This document shows positions 34,129 through 47,128 of a DNA stretch of 64,000 bases, piece by piece. Every line of letters begins with the position of its first letter. Positions within the stretch are counted from its first letter, which is position 1. The stretch is from NCBI GenBank assembly GCA_965112735.1, contig OZ218961.1, positions 868,001 through 932,000 on the forward strand, in the 5' to 3' direction. The notes under the pieces were generated by a model. The model was not told the DNA's origin. It was given only the letters and a program-made list of their open reading frames with translations, and ran no database searches. Source of the DNA: Phaeosaccion multiseriatum. Lineage: Eukaryota; Protista; Ochrophyta, other classes. Position numbers and translations under genes: made by a program.

Positions 34129-36196
34129 CTACTTCTCGAGATCCGCCAGCTTCCGGCCCCCTCCCCACCGAACCTTCTTCTTTTCGCCGTCCTCGCCACC
34201 GCCGGCCCCACCAGCAGGCCCATCGTCTCCTCCTCCACCACCACCTCCTCCTCCTCCTCCACCTCTTCTCCAGCTCCCTCCTCCCTCCGCGCCACCCCCA
34301 CCGTAACGATCACCCCCTCCTCCTCCCCCCCTGTCCCCGCCATAGCCACCGCCCCTGTCACCTCCACCACCGTAGCGATCTCCGCCACCGTAGCGATCCC
34401 TGCCACCTCCGTACCCGCCCCCGTCATTGTCCCTGCCGTATCCTCCTCCTCCTCCTCCTCCTCCTCCTTCACCTCCTCCTCCCGATCGCCTCCAGCTGCC
34501 GCTCTCGGGCGCAGCAGGACCCTCTCCAGCTCCGCTGCCGTAGTCCCTCCTTCCTCCTCCTCTGTCGCCATAGTCTCCCCCACCACCACCACCACCTCCA
34601 TCACCGTATCCTCCCCCTCCGCGTCCTCTCCAGCCCTCTCCTCCACCGTCGTCTCCTCCTCGTGCCCCTCCACGACTGTACCCGCCGTCGTCACCGCCTC
34701 CTCCTCCTCCTCCTCCTCCTCCATCACCGCCTCGTCCCTGCGTGCGCCAGCCTCCTCCCCCACCTCCTCCATACCCTCCACCCCCCCCTCCATACCCTCC
34801 ACCCCCTCGCCTATCCTGATCGTACGACTGCTGCGAAGGGTTGGACGCTTCCTCTGCCGCTCTGGCCTGGTCTTGCATGTTCTGCTCGGCTTTCTGGGCC
34901 TCCATGCGCATGCGCTCCTCCTCCTCCCTCTCCCTCTTCTCGAGCTCTCGGGCCGCCTCCTCTTCAGCGAAGATTGCCTCCTCCTGGCGGCGGCGTGCCC
35001 TCGCCAGTTTGGCAGCTCGCAGCTCGAACCTGCGGGCAGAGAGATGGGTCGATGGATAGGCAAGAGAGAGGGAGAGAAGAGAGAGAATGGTGGAGGGTGG
35101 TGTCCGGGAGGGGGGAGGCGGGGGAGCGTAAGTAACAGGTTCAATGGAGCCAAAGGCCCGACTTCTTACAAGCGGCAAAAAACAAAGAGTTCAGCAGAGA
35201 ACGATAAGTGTACACCAAACAGCAACAGCAACAGCAGCTGAGCACAATCAGAAGGACAGACCCCAACACCACAAACACACGCAAATCTCCTCTTGCCACT
35301 TGCACCATCTGGACCAGAGGCGGCAACTGAGATACGACAACACTCACTTGGCTCTCTCCTGCGCGGCCTTGAGCTCCTCTTCAAAGCCCACCCTCCTCTT
35401 GGAGAGAATCTTCTCCTCAAAGCCGGCGCAGTGGGGCTGGATGTGCATCACCTTGGCCTTGGCCACCTTGTCTTCCTCCCACTGCTTCCTGTGGGAGACG
35501 AGGTGTGCCTGCCAGCGCCGCTCGTACTCTTCCTTGTCCTTGCCAACTTGAGCAGTGTACTTGCTCTTGAGTACAGGCATCTCCTCCTGTCGCATCGCGC
35601 GAGTGATGTAGTCCAGTCGCTTGGCCTAAGGGGCAAAGGGGGGGGGAAGGGAGGGGGTATGGAGTGGGTGGGTGGAGGGGAGAGAGGGAGAAAGAGAGAG
35701 AAGGGTAGAGGAGAGGGGAAGGGAGGGGGTATGGAGTGGGTGGGTGGAGGGGAGAGAGGGAGAAAGAGAGAGAAGGGTAGAGGAGAGGGGAAGGGAAGGG
35801 GTAGGGGTGTGGGTGGGAGGAGGAGGAGAGAGAAGAAAAGGAGGGAAGGAGAGAAAGAGAGGGAGAAATGGGTAAGTGTGGGCGAAGCAACACCAAAAGC
35901 GCCAAGACGCGGTAAACGACCGGAGAAGACAAGACAAGCAGCACAGTGCACAGTGCCGTCTCGTGTGACTTTCGTCTCAGCGTGAGGTGAGGGGATGAGA
36001 TGAGAGAAGTGCAAGCAGTACTAAAGTGTGGCAAGTGTGTCCCAAGTGTGGCAGTATCAGTTACTTTGAAAGTTTTGCGTTCAGCGAGGCAATGTCGCCT
36101 CTCAAACAAGAGGTGTCAGATCTCGGGGTATCGTCACCTACGGCCACACAACACACAAAGAGAGAGACAGACACACACGCCCTCTCTCCTTGCAGT

Positions 36197-36254
<58 letters not shown>

Positions 36255-38373
36255 AACGAATGCACCCCTGCACCCTGCTCCCTCAAACCGATCCCAACCA
36301 TATCCAACAACACAAGCAACTCAATCCCCTCCACTCCACTCCGGCCCCCACCCCACCGCACCGCACGCACACGCGCACACACACACACACACACATGTAC
36401 CCATTCATTGACATACCTGTGCCTTGAGCTTCTGCGAGAGCTCGTCCTGCTCCCTGGCGGCCTGATCCCTCTTCTTCTTGATGAGCGCCTCTCTCTCGGA
36501 GCCCTCCATCTCGTCCAAGCCTCGGGTATCCTGGCCGAGGGATCGGAGCTTTTGCTTCTGCTCGGCGAGGGTCATTTCATCCTCCATCTTTTGCATCTTC
36601 TCACGCTCTCGCAGCTTGGCCTCGCGCTGTTGATTTGAATCATGGATAGAGTGGTTGAATGACAGATAGATCGATAGATAGATAGTAAGGTAGGAGAGAG
36701 GCACGCAGGGCAGGGCAAGAGGGAGGGAGAGGGGAGAGGGGGGGAAGGCAGTGGCATACGTGCGCGTCAGAGATGGGTCGTCAACTTGTACACCTCGGTC
36801 GAGCAATCATTCAAAACCACAACTGCCCAAGGAACGAAAATAACACACGCACGCCCTCTCGTTGCTCCTCCAGCAAAGCTATTCATCAACTCTGGAGCAC
36901 TTGGAGCTACCAATGTCGATATCAATTTCCTCGCCATCTCAATCTCTGAACACTTGTCTTCACCCAGTCTGTAGCAATGTAATAACTCACCTCCAGTCTG
37001 CGGCTCTCCTCCTCCTTTCTCTTGGCCTCGTCCTCGGCCTTGATGCGCGCCGCCTCTCTCTGCCGCTCCTGCTCCTTGCGCTCCTGCTCCTCCTTGCGCT
37101 TCTCAATCACCTCCTTCCTGCCCAATGCCTCCTTGTGCTCGGCGTCCACGTCCCCGAGCACACGTGCGAAGAGGTTCATCCTTCGCTGTCGCTCCACCTC
37201 CTGTCAGGGCCAGAGCCCCAAGAGAGAGAGAGAGAGGGGGGGGGAGAGGGGGGGGGGGGGGGGGTGAGGAAGGAGCCACACCCCCACCTATCTACCCTAC
37301 ACACCCACGCGCACGCCCATTCCCACCCACACACATGGGTGGCATACGACACCCACCTTGGTCTCTGCCATGCTCTGGCTGCCCTCCATGGTCCCTAGCA
37401 CCTTGTCCATTTGCTTGGCCAGCACCGTGAGCTGAGTGCGCATCGAGTCTCCCTCCAGCTTGGCCTGTTGGTTGTACACGGGGTGTACGTGTGGTGGGTG
37501 TGGTTTGTGAGTTGGGGGGCGTGTGTGGTGTCCGGCGTGGGCGTGATGTGTGGGTGGGTGCAAACAAATAAAAAAGCGGGGGTCGACATGAGTAAAGAGG
37601 AGAAGTGTGAGATAAATAGAGCGGCAGAACAAAGTCCAAAGAGTCGCCGCGCACTTGAGTAAAGAGGAGAAGTGTGAGATAAATAGAGCGGCAGAACAAA
37701 GTCCAAAGAGTCGCTGCGCACTCTCATTTGAAGGCAGGCTTGCTTGCGTGCAACCAAAATCACAACAACAAAGCAACCACAGAACGAATGAGCGAATGCA
37801 TGCCCCCCATCATTTCCTTTCTCTTTCCCTCCTTCCCCCAACTCCCTTTTCCCCTCCCCCCTCAACTCTCACTCACCTGCCCAAACCGGAGGCACTCTGC
37901 CTGATGGTCGATGGTCATGGACAACTGCCTGGACTTGACCGCTCCCACGATGATCTTCTCCACCTCAGTAAAGTTGATGGAGAGGTTGCTAATGTACGCC
38001 TTGAAGTTGACGAGGCTCACTGTGTGGTAAATGTTGCCCAGCTCCTCCAGCAGGCGCAGCACAATGACTCGTTCGAGGGTGGGCAGGTAGCACTGCAGGG
38101 GAGGGATGGATGGAGGGAGGGAAGGAAAGAAGGAGGGAGGGAGGGAGGGAGGGAGAGAGGGAGGGAGGTAGGGAAGGGCGATGAGAAAGAGTGGGTAGTG
38201 ATACACAAGGGGCACTATCAACTCTTCTCACTACAAAGTGAGCTCCAATCACTTCCACACACACACACACACACTCACGCCCGCACACACACCCCCACAT
38301 CCACGTATCCACACCCTCAACCCCCCACACACCCACCGCCACCTATACACATACACATACATCCCCACCCCAA

Positions 38374-38404
<31 letters not shown>

Positions 38405-41400
38405 CACACCTTGAGCTGGTCAGGCTGCTCCCCTAGCCACTCCAAAATGGACTGCATCTCTTGCGCGATGGCGAGGGGCTGAACAGGCGACTCCAGCTGC
38501 TCGTAGAGGGTGCGCAGCTCCGGCGCGACGGCTGCCATGACGCCCTTGGCCACGAGTTCGGAGAGGAGGGAGGCGCGGGAGGGGTCGGTGTTGAAGCCGA
38601 GAAGGGTGGCCATGCGCATGTTCTTCTCCTTATTGAGGTCGTCGTCCTCGTATCTGTTTTGTGGGTAGGGTAGGGGAGGGGAGGAGGGGAGGAAGGAAGG
38701 AAGGGAGGGAGGGAGGGGGTAAGAATCACACATAGACCACCACCCTCTCTCTCCACCACACCACCCTTCCACCCCTCTCCATCTCAAAACTGGGCCATGG
38801 CAGTGGTCGTACTAACCTGATGGTGGTGCCGGCGTCTCCCCCCTTAACCTCGGGGATGGACAGCGTGGCCAGCAGCACACAGCTCGCCTGCTGAGTCCTC
38901 TCTGCCAAGGACATGCCCTTGTTGAACTCCCTCCCCAGGATGAAGTACCTGTACCAGGCATAGGCGTGGAAGAGGTAGTTGTCGCTCACCCAAAAGATGC
39001 GAGTTAGCTTCTCGTAGTACGAGGCCATGAGTCGAGCCTTGGGCACCTTCTTGCCGATTTGCATAATGTTGTAGATGTCTTCGACGGTTCGGAAACCCTC
39101 GGTCCAGAGCTCCAGGGTTGCGGCCACCTCGAGCTGGGGAAGCAAAGGAGGGCGAGGAGAGAGGAGGTGGAGGGAGGAAGAGGAGGGGAGGAGGATCATG
39201 AGGAGAGGAGGAGGAGCATGCGGAGGGAGGAGGAGGAGGTGGTGGTGGAGGGAGGAGGAGGAGGAGGAGGAGGAGGAGGAGGAGAAGGGGGTGGAGGGAG
39301 GAAGAGGACGAGGAGGATCAGTTGGTGATACCGCCGCAGCGGGCAGGAGAACAACGAATCTCTACTCGTCCTTTCCCTGGACAACGGACGAGACTTTCCT
39401 CTCTCACCTGCGCAAAGCGAGTCTGCAAATGCATCTCGATACCCTCGTGGCTCCATCCCTCCCAGCCCCTGAGCCTGTTGGTGGTCTGGGCAGCCGTGTG
39501 CTTTTGCAGGTTGGCAATGTGCTGCCTCATGGTGTCACAGAGACGGCGGAACTCGGTGGTGCGCTCGTAGCTCTTGCAGAACTGAAACGCCTTGGTGCAG
39601 GTGGTGTGGTAGACTTGCTCCAGCTTGCTGTTGGTCTGGGGAGGCAAGGAAGTGTATGGGAGGGAGGGAGGGAGGAGGGAGGAGGGAAGAAAGCAGGTTG
39701 AGACGACGCAAGATAGAAAAGCACGGACGCATACACACACATTCGCACATCCATACACACCCACTCAAACTCACACTCACACACACACAAACGTCTTCGA
39801 GGCCTCTAGAGGACTAATTGGAGAGTAAATGAGTCTACATCGCCCCCTTCTTGAGGGCTGCAGAGCGTATATTTTGTGTACTATCATCGGCCAAGAAGTG
39901 CTTTACGTTGTGTTGAGATCAATCATGTGACGTATTCCGCTCCACACATTCATGCATGAGAGAGAGAAAGAGGAATGAAATGAAACGGAAGAAAGAAGGA
40001 ATGATGCACGTCACTGAAGAACGAATGAAACGGATGACTCCCACTCACTGTCCTGACACTCAATATCCATCCCGTCCTGACACCCCCCCCCCCTCCTTCA
40101 CACTGCCCCTGTCCTGACACCCCTCACCTTGAGAATGTCCAGCACGGCTCTGTATGTCTCCCACAGGAACTTGAGCCATGGCACCACCACCTCTCTGTCT
40201 GTGCGCTCCTTGCCGCCCTCCTCCGTCATGGTGGAGAGCATAAGAGACTCCGGGGAGACCTACGGGAGGAGGAGGAGGAGGAGGAGGAGGAGGAGGGTTA
40301 GGAGGGGGAGGAGAAGGAGGAGGAGGAGGAGGAGAAAGAAGAGGAGAAAGAGGACGACGCCCACACCTACACACATGCGCACACCCACACCCACACAGAG
40401 ACACACACGCTTACCTCCGCCTCGAGATCCCCGATCTTGCTTGCCTCGAGCAGGGTGCGCTCGTTGGCCATCTGCCGAGCGGCGAGGGCCTTCGCCTCGG
40501 CTCGGTCCACGAGGTGGGAGATGATCACCTACGGTCGGTTGGTTTGGGGTGTGTGTTTGTTTGGTTGGGTTGGTTTGGTTTGCAAAGTTGTTGTAGGGTT
40601 GGTTTTTTTTGGGGGGGGGGGGGCAATGGGCGAGCAAGTAAGGGCGTGGGGTAAGAAAAAAGAAAGACAGTACCAGTGTTGTGAGGGGGGGGGGAGGGAG
40701 GGTGATAAAAAACGCATCGAAATAATCACCCCATGGAAGCAGGGCTGAAGCCAATTCGCTGTGGTTGTTGTTGTTGGTGGTGTTGTTTGCGTTGTTTGTG
40801 GTGTTGTAGAGATCAGATTACGATAAGTGTGTTTGTCGACACGGCCGCAGAGACTGTTATCTCTGGGCTCCGACTGGGGCGGCATCCACAGCGTGAAATC
40901 ATCCTTTCTTCATACAATAGTTGGCAACAGATGGGAACAACAACAACAGCTACAGCTACATCTACAACAACAGCAAGACCAACCCAGGCTCCCTCTACCC
41001 CACAGTCGCAAAATGAAAATAAAGGAAGAAAGAAGTAGGGCAACACTTCCAAAATGTATGTAGCTCGAAACAAAACAAGGAAGAAAGGGCCTTTTCTCAT
41101 CCTGCTGGAAATGATCAGAGTACGATAAGTGTGTTTGTCGACACGGCCGCAGAGACTGTTATCTCTGGGCTCCGACTGGGGCGGCATCCACAGCGTGAAA
41201 TCATCACTTCGTTCCCAACAGAAAGAAGGCACTTGAAAAACAGAACAAAAGCGAGTGAAACAATAATTTCTTGTGTACCTACGCACCTCAAGGGACTGGG
41301 GCGCCTGCTGCTGGGCCATGTTGCGGTACTGATGGAGACCATCCTGTTGAGGGAAGAGGAGAGGAGAGGGGACGAAGGCAGGCAGGGAGGGAGGAGGGAG

Positions 41401-42509
41401 AGAGAAAGTAGGAGGCGATACGGCGCAAGGAGAAATGCTGGTCGTCAGAGGCCTGAACCGAATGAAGACAGCAACGCAGGTCCTTTTCAGATGTTTTCTG
41501 TAGGCCTTACTCACTTCGCCCACCCACCCCACACACACACATACGTAATTCTTAGGTTCATTCCTCGAAGTCAATATCTTGCCCCCCCCCCCCCTCCCAC
41601 GGAAGGTATCCCGACTCTTCCGTCATCCTTCCACCGCGCCACCCGTGGACGCCTTCGACCTGTTCCTTCTTGTACACGCACGTCAGACACCTTAGCCTTG
41701 CACATCGTTGCCTTCGTGCACATCTTCCTGCTACGAGCACTGCATTAATAATACAAGTGCGGGTCCATCGCCTCTCTCTTGTTCCTGCCTCTTGTATACC
41801 AAACATTTGCCCCAGTGGAGTGGACCACTAGAAGCGACACACACACACACAAACACCCGCACTAACACCCTATCCACCCACGCACACACACACACATACA
41901 CACGTACCTTGGCCTCTCTGTGCTTCTGCAGATTAACGCAGAGATCAAGGTACTTGATCATAATCTTCTCGTAGATCTGCTGCCACGTCTTGTAGCGACG
42001 CTGGGCAAACACACCGTGCAGCAGCTCCAGCGCTGCCGCATGGTTGCCAATGGCAATGAGCTCTGTGCGGGGCGGAGCAAGGAGAGGGGATTAATGTGGG
42101 CGGTCGGGCGAAAAGGGTGTGAGGAGGAAGAAGCAGAAAAACAAGATACCGAAGACCGCAAGGAGCAGCAGGCAGACAAAGTCGAGCCGGCATAGTGTAG
42201 ATTGGGGAGGAACGATGGTGTGGAAGCAGAAAGAGCCTTTGAAGGGAAAGAGAGCCAATAGGATCCACCATTTTTCATCTTTCAGCGGGTAGCCCTTGCC
42301 ATCGCCACGACTGATGATGCATCACCACGACTGACGATGCAACTCAGCATGCGATATCGTCCACCAGCACCTCATCCTCTCCGCCCCCCCCCCCCCCCGA
42401 GCTGCTGCTGCTCCTCTTCGTCTCCCTCCCCCCTTCCCTCTTCGCCGCTTCCCTCACCATTGGCTCGCTTCAGAGCATTCTCTGGCTTATGGAACCAAGT
42501 CCCCACCAT
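34129..42509 (-). CDS. EIF3A: Eukaryotic translation initiation factor 3 subunit A, multi-exon
   Basis: [17 protein letters not shown]|ELI.., [49 protein letters not shown] region, [13 protein letters not shown] and an RGG-rich tail. Confidence 0.96.
36046..36149 (-). ncRNA. Candidate intronic box C/D snoRNA (target unassigned)
   Basis: On the host strand: C box GTGACGA (36131-36137), D' CTGA (36116-36119), D CTGA (36057-36060) and a 10/11-bp terminal stem GTGTGGCCGTA/TACTGCCACAC. Confidence 0.62.
40808..40910 (-). ncRNA. SNORD31: Box C/D snoRNA, SNORD31/snR67-like, copy 1
   Basis: C box AGGATGA, guide TGCCGCCCCAGT, D' CGGA, C'-like GTGTCGA and D CTGA. The guide is complementary to the LSU rRNA P-loop CTGGGGCGGCA. 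Confidence 0.72.
41107..41215 (-). ncRNA. SNORD31: Box C/D snoRNA, SNORD31/snR67-like, copy 2
   Basis: Perfect C box GTGATGA (41201-41207), the same guide and D', D box at 41115-41118 and a short terminal stem. The 93-nt core is nearly identical to copy 1 while the flanks differ. Confidence 0.8.
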
Positions 42510-42885
42510 GCTGCTGCTCCTGCTGCTGCTGTCACCACTCCCTGCGGCAGCGCCCTGCGTCCCTGTTCCCTGTGTGGTCTTTGCTCAAATCAACTGGCTC
42601 CGTCCACACACCACAGCTTCGTCTACATACGTAACGGTACGTATTTCCAAAGATGCCCGTCTCCCTGATTGATTGAAGCAAAGCATTTTTACCAAAGGGA
42701 GAGAGCACTGATAGCAGGGAGAGCGAGTCTTCCTTACAACGACTGTAGCGGTCAGGCAGCAGCAGCAGAAAGAAGCTTCGAGTAAAGAAGAGAGAGCCTC
42801 TGAAAATTCATCTGGCACTTTCAGAGGAGAGGAAGGGTCGAGCAACTTTGTTCGCCAGGCGTGTCCTGAGGTCCACGCGGTAGCC

Positions 42886-43573
42886 ATGCCTACTACTGCT
42901 CCTGGTGCTGCCACTGGTGGTGTTGCTGCACAGGCGTCTACGCGCCTCGCACTTTGCATCGGGTCGGCAGCTTTGGCCGCTCAATGGCTTGGGCTCAGGT
43001 GTGAAGCCTTTATGCTCCCACCCTGTCGCACTTCAGCTTTGCAACAACAGCAGGGGGCAATTAGGAGCAGCAGCACAAGCAATTGTAGACGGCAGGAGCA
43101 GGCCATGCAGAGGTGCGAGTAGTGCCTCAGGCATTTGCATGTTCAATCTACATGCACGTTGTTGCTTCATGTATGTCATCACCCTCACTCTCACCCACTC
43201 CTTTGGCATCCTCGCTTATCCCCTCACCCTCACTCTCACCCACTCCTTTGGAACCCTCGCTTGCTCCTTCAGCAGTGGTGCGTCGTCGCCGCCCTCGAGG
43301 TTAGGCCGAAAGGCAGGAGCAGCAGCTGTGTCATTAGCATCCGCATCATGCAGAAAGGCCTTGTCGCCCTTGCGTGCTGCTCTCGGTGATGCAGAGGAGG
43401 TAAGCCAATGGAGAACACGTCATGCTGCGTTGTCTGATGTTCCGCGTCCTGTTTCTTAACTCCCTATTGTATGTCTCCTGTATCTCAACTCCCTCCTCTC
43501 CTCCCTGTCCCTCCCTCCCTCCCTACCCCTCGCCTGTCCTGTCCCTGCCCCCATCCTCCCCCCTCCTGTCTCC

Positions 43574-43604
<31 letters not shown>

Positions 43605-46158
43605 TTCTCTTCTCTTCCTCCCTCTCCTCGGACAGGATGACGAAAACGACGAGGACGAGGACGAGGCATTAGCCTTTGACGAGCAACTGTTCACAGGAGA
43701 GGGCACAACGTACGACCAAGAGGCCGTCGACAAGCTGTTTGAGAGGATGGAGATTGACATGGAGATGGATGAGGACGGCCTCATAAAGCCCCCGGATAGG
43801 GCAGAGCTCTTGGAACGTGAGTACCATTGAGTGCCATCCATGCACTCTGCGTAGGGGAAGGATGGCAGGGGAGGGATGGGATGGGGGACATGTGAGTCAA
43901 AGAGAAGGAAGGAAGCACGGGACCTGGCCTGCGCGAGTGAGAGGGGAAGGAAAGGAAGAAAGTAGTGGAGCACTTGACTTAGGCATACATGTAGCTTTCC
44001 GTTCCCTGACTTAGGTATACACGTACGTAAGCTTTCCGTTCCCTCAACGCCACCTCTTCTCCGTCCCTTGTGTCCTCCTTTTTGGCCTGCCATGCATGCC
44101 CCAACCCCCCCCGTCTCTTTCACTCACTCACCCTCTCCCTCACTCTCTCTCTCTCGCCCTCTCTCTCTCCTCTTCCATTCTCTCCCATCTCTCACCCCCC
44201 CCCCCCCCCTCTCCCTCTCTCGCACACTCCCTCTCTTTGCTCCCCCCTCCCCCTTGCTCGCAGTGATGGACTCAAGAGCGGCAGCAGATGGCGACGACGG
44301 GGAGAGCACCGCGAACATGAATGACGACTTTAGCGTGCCTATGCCGCCATACGAGTTTCAGGTCGGAGCATGTAAACCTGTGGGACTGTGGACTGTGTGC
44401 TTCTGCACGTGTCTGAGTTGCGTTACATGGGTGTGAGTCACCACGTGTCGGTGTTGTGTGTACGTGTTGTGTATCTGTGTTGTGTGTTCGCTGCCGTACA
44501 TTCGCTCGTTGTGGCCAAGCGGCGCTCGCCTCACACCGTCCGTCCCGTTGGCCACACGTTCCCTTTGTTGCTATCTTGGGCATCGCCTGTTTCATCGCCT
44601 CCCCTCACCCTCCCCCTTTCCCTCCCCTCCTCCGCTACAAACCCCCTATTCTCTTTCTCTCTCCCTTCCTCCCTCCCTCCTTCCATCCCTTTTCCCCCTC
44701 CCCCCCCCCCTCACACACACGGTTTCATCGGTTTCATCTTTCCAGTTCCCTGGGGAGTTCGGAAACCCCAACGTGTGCACCGACCCTTCTTGGAACTATC
44801 TCATGCTTACCATGCAGTTCCTGGGCTTTCCCTTCCGAGTCATCAACACGGCTGGTATGGAAGACGTCGGGCCAGCTCTGGTGATGGGGGAGGAGTACTA
44901 TGACAACCCGGAGGACGTGTTGCTAATGGTGCCTAGGAGGTTCGCGCTCAGCGACTTCATTTCGAGCGAGAAGAACATTCAAAAGGAGGTCAACAAGGTG
45001 AGGAGGGGAGAGAGGGAGAGAGGAGAGGGGCGGTTGGAGATGTGGAGGTCAATGATCGAAAGCGAGTGTATTGAGTTCAGAATGGTTTACCAACTACCCA
45101 TGTTGACCATCGATTTTACCACTCACCCATTACCTGAGACCAGCACACACACACACACACACACACACGAGAGATGGAAGGAGTGGGGACGCTGTGTGAA
45201 GGAGGGTACGTCTTTTTCTACCCCTCTCTGTCTCTCCGTCCCTTTGCTTACCACACGTCATCAACACCACATGAGCGTTTGCATGCCCGCGTGTGTACGC
45301 CTAAAGCAAACGTGTGATGTGGGCTCCGATTTGTGATGTGCGTCTGTATGCACCCCCTTCCCCTTGTACACCCCCCCCCCCAACGATGGATGGCTGGCAG
45401 GTGATGAAGTCTTTCCTGGCCATCATCAACAACAAGGTTCAAGACACAGAGGTGGAGGACAAGCTGATGCATGCGCTGGAAGACAGCCTCATGAGGGTGA
45501 GAGGGAGTTGAAAGGGGCGTGCGAGAAACGACCAAACGAGGGGCACCCTCCTGCCTTCCTCCCTCTCCCCTTCTGTTTTGCCTGCCCGCATCACGTACTC
45601 CATCTCTTCCCTCCCTCTTCTTCCTCCTCCTCGCCCTCCCTCCCGCCCTTCCCTCCCTCCCTCTTTTCTCTTCCTCTCCCCTCCCCCTCTCACTCTCCCG
45701 CCCTCCCCTCTCTCCCTCCCTCCACCCACCCCTCCTTCCTCTCTCCCTCCGCCCACCCTCTCTCCCCTCCCTCCCCTCCCTCCCTCCCTATCCGGTATAC
45801 TTCCTTTCCTCCTCATTCACGATGCCTTTCCCCTCCTCTCAGATTGACAACCGCCTGAGCAAGTTCAGCGAGGACGATGCCATGTTGTCGGGGGATAATG
45901 CAGAGATGAGCGACTTGTGGCTGACTGTGATCCTGTACCATGTGACCACAGCCCTCTCACACTTGTTCAAGTGGAAGGTGAGAGGAGGGAGGAAGCGAAG
46001 AGGGGGGGGGGCAAGGCAGGAAGGCAGGGAGAAATGGACATGGTAGCATTCAAGCACACACGCACGCGCACGCAGACGCACAGAAACCGTACTCACTTGC
46101 CCCTGTTCCACCACTGCTGATGTCACTCCCCCCGTCCGGCTTGGGTCTTTTGTTCTCC

Positions 46159-46204
<46 letters not shown>

Positions 46205-46336
46205 ATGCCCAAAAAGTGTGGGGTTCACATCAGGCGCTACATGAAAGACGCTCTGTCGATGGATATTTGGAAGGAGATGGCCCCTCCCAAGGACCTCATT
46301 ATCAAGCGATATGAAGCCATGAGGGGCGAGGTCTAG
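42886..46336 (+). CDS. DHAR/CLIC-like glutathione-S-transferase-fold protein, probably plastid-targeted, 8 exons
   Basis: C-terminal half ALEDSLMR|IDNRL..MLSGD..SDLWLTVILYHVTTALSHLFKWK|MP..IRRYMKDAL parallels the DHAR C-domain. Hydrophobic N-terminus ending CEAF. Acidic insertion. Confidence 0.68.
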
Positions 46337-46625
46337 ACATCGCACATACATACATATACATACACATGGACAGACTAGAGACTGGCACTCCAGGGGGGGA
46401 CAAGGGGCTCCTTGTGACCATCACCATCACCAGACAGAAACGGCCCTTTATCCAACTGCCCTCTCTGACCCTCTCTGAGGAGAGTGTTGAGTTTGTTATA
46501 AATAAATATATATACATAAGAAAGTACATACGCAATTTGAGAGGGTGTTTTGTTTGTTTGTTTGTACAGTCTCTCGCAGGGGACAGAGCGGCCAAGCAGG
46601 GCGCCATCCGTTGTCGACTCCAGCG

Positions 46626-46709
46626 CCGTCCCTCTGGTTAGGACCCTCTCCCTCCGTCCCTCTGGTTAGGGCCCTCTCCCTCCGTCCCTCTGGTTAGGGC
46701 CCTCTCCCT
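46626..46709. repeat. 3 x 28-bp tandem repeat
   Basis: CCGTCCCTCTGGTTAGGRCCCTCTCCCT at 46626, 46654 and 46682. Confidence 0.9.
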
Positions 46710-46949
46710 TACCCGCACCATGCTACTCTACGCGCCCAGCTGCCTGCGTGTTGCCGTCGATGCCTTCCTTGGAGCATCCCCCCGGGGCAACCGTTGACGG
46801 CCCTCCTCTTTGCTCCCTCATTTACGTCTGACCCATTATCGATCGCACAACAGCAGGAGCGATGCTCGGCCCGCCCTGCTCTACCGCCGGTGTCCACTGC
46901 TTCACAGCCGCTCCGCAAAGCTCCTCCAAGCAAAGCGAGCCCCCGTCAC

Positions 46950-47005
46950 TGTCAAGCACTTGTCAAGCACTTGTCAAGCACTTGTCAAGCACTTGTCAAG
47001 CACTT
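46950..47005. repeat. 5 x 11-bp tandem repeat TGTCAAGCACT
   Basis: Seen directly. Confidence 0.9.
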
Positions 47006-47128
47006 GCAAGGTATCCGACAACCCTCGCTCATTGACAGTCCCTCCAGAGCAGTCAGCACGGCAGCAGAGCAGTGCCACGCTAAGCTACAGATCTGCACCA
47101 TATATCTTCCACGACAGTTGAACGCCCT

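Noticed and set aside
36755-36890. Additional snoRNA in an eIF3a intron
   Set aside because: CTGA and a short stem are present, but there is no correctly placed C box or recognisable guide.
37589-37715. Twice-repeated ~60-bp intronic segment as a snoRNA pair
   Set aside because: No C/D or clear H/ACA layout; it looks like a simple local duplication.
46626-46709. Telomeric sequence (TTAGGG within the 28-bp repeat)
   Set aside because: Isolated hexamers, not a tandem telomere tract.
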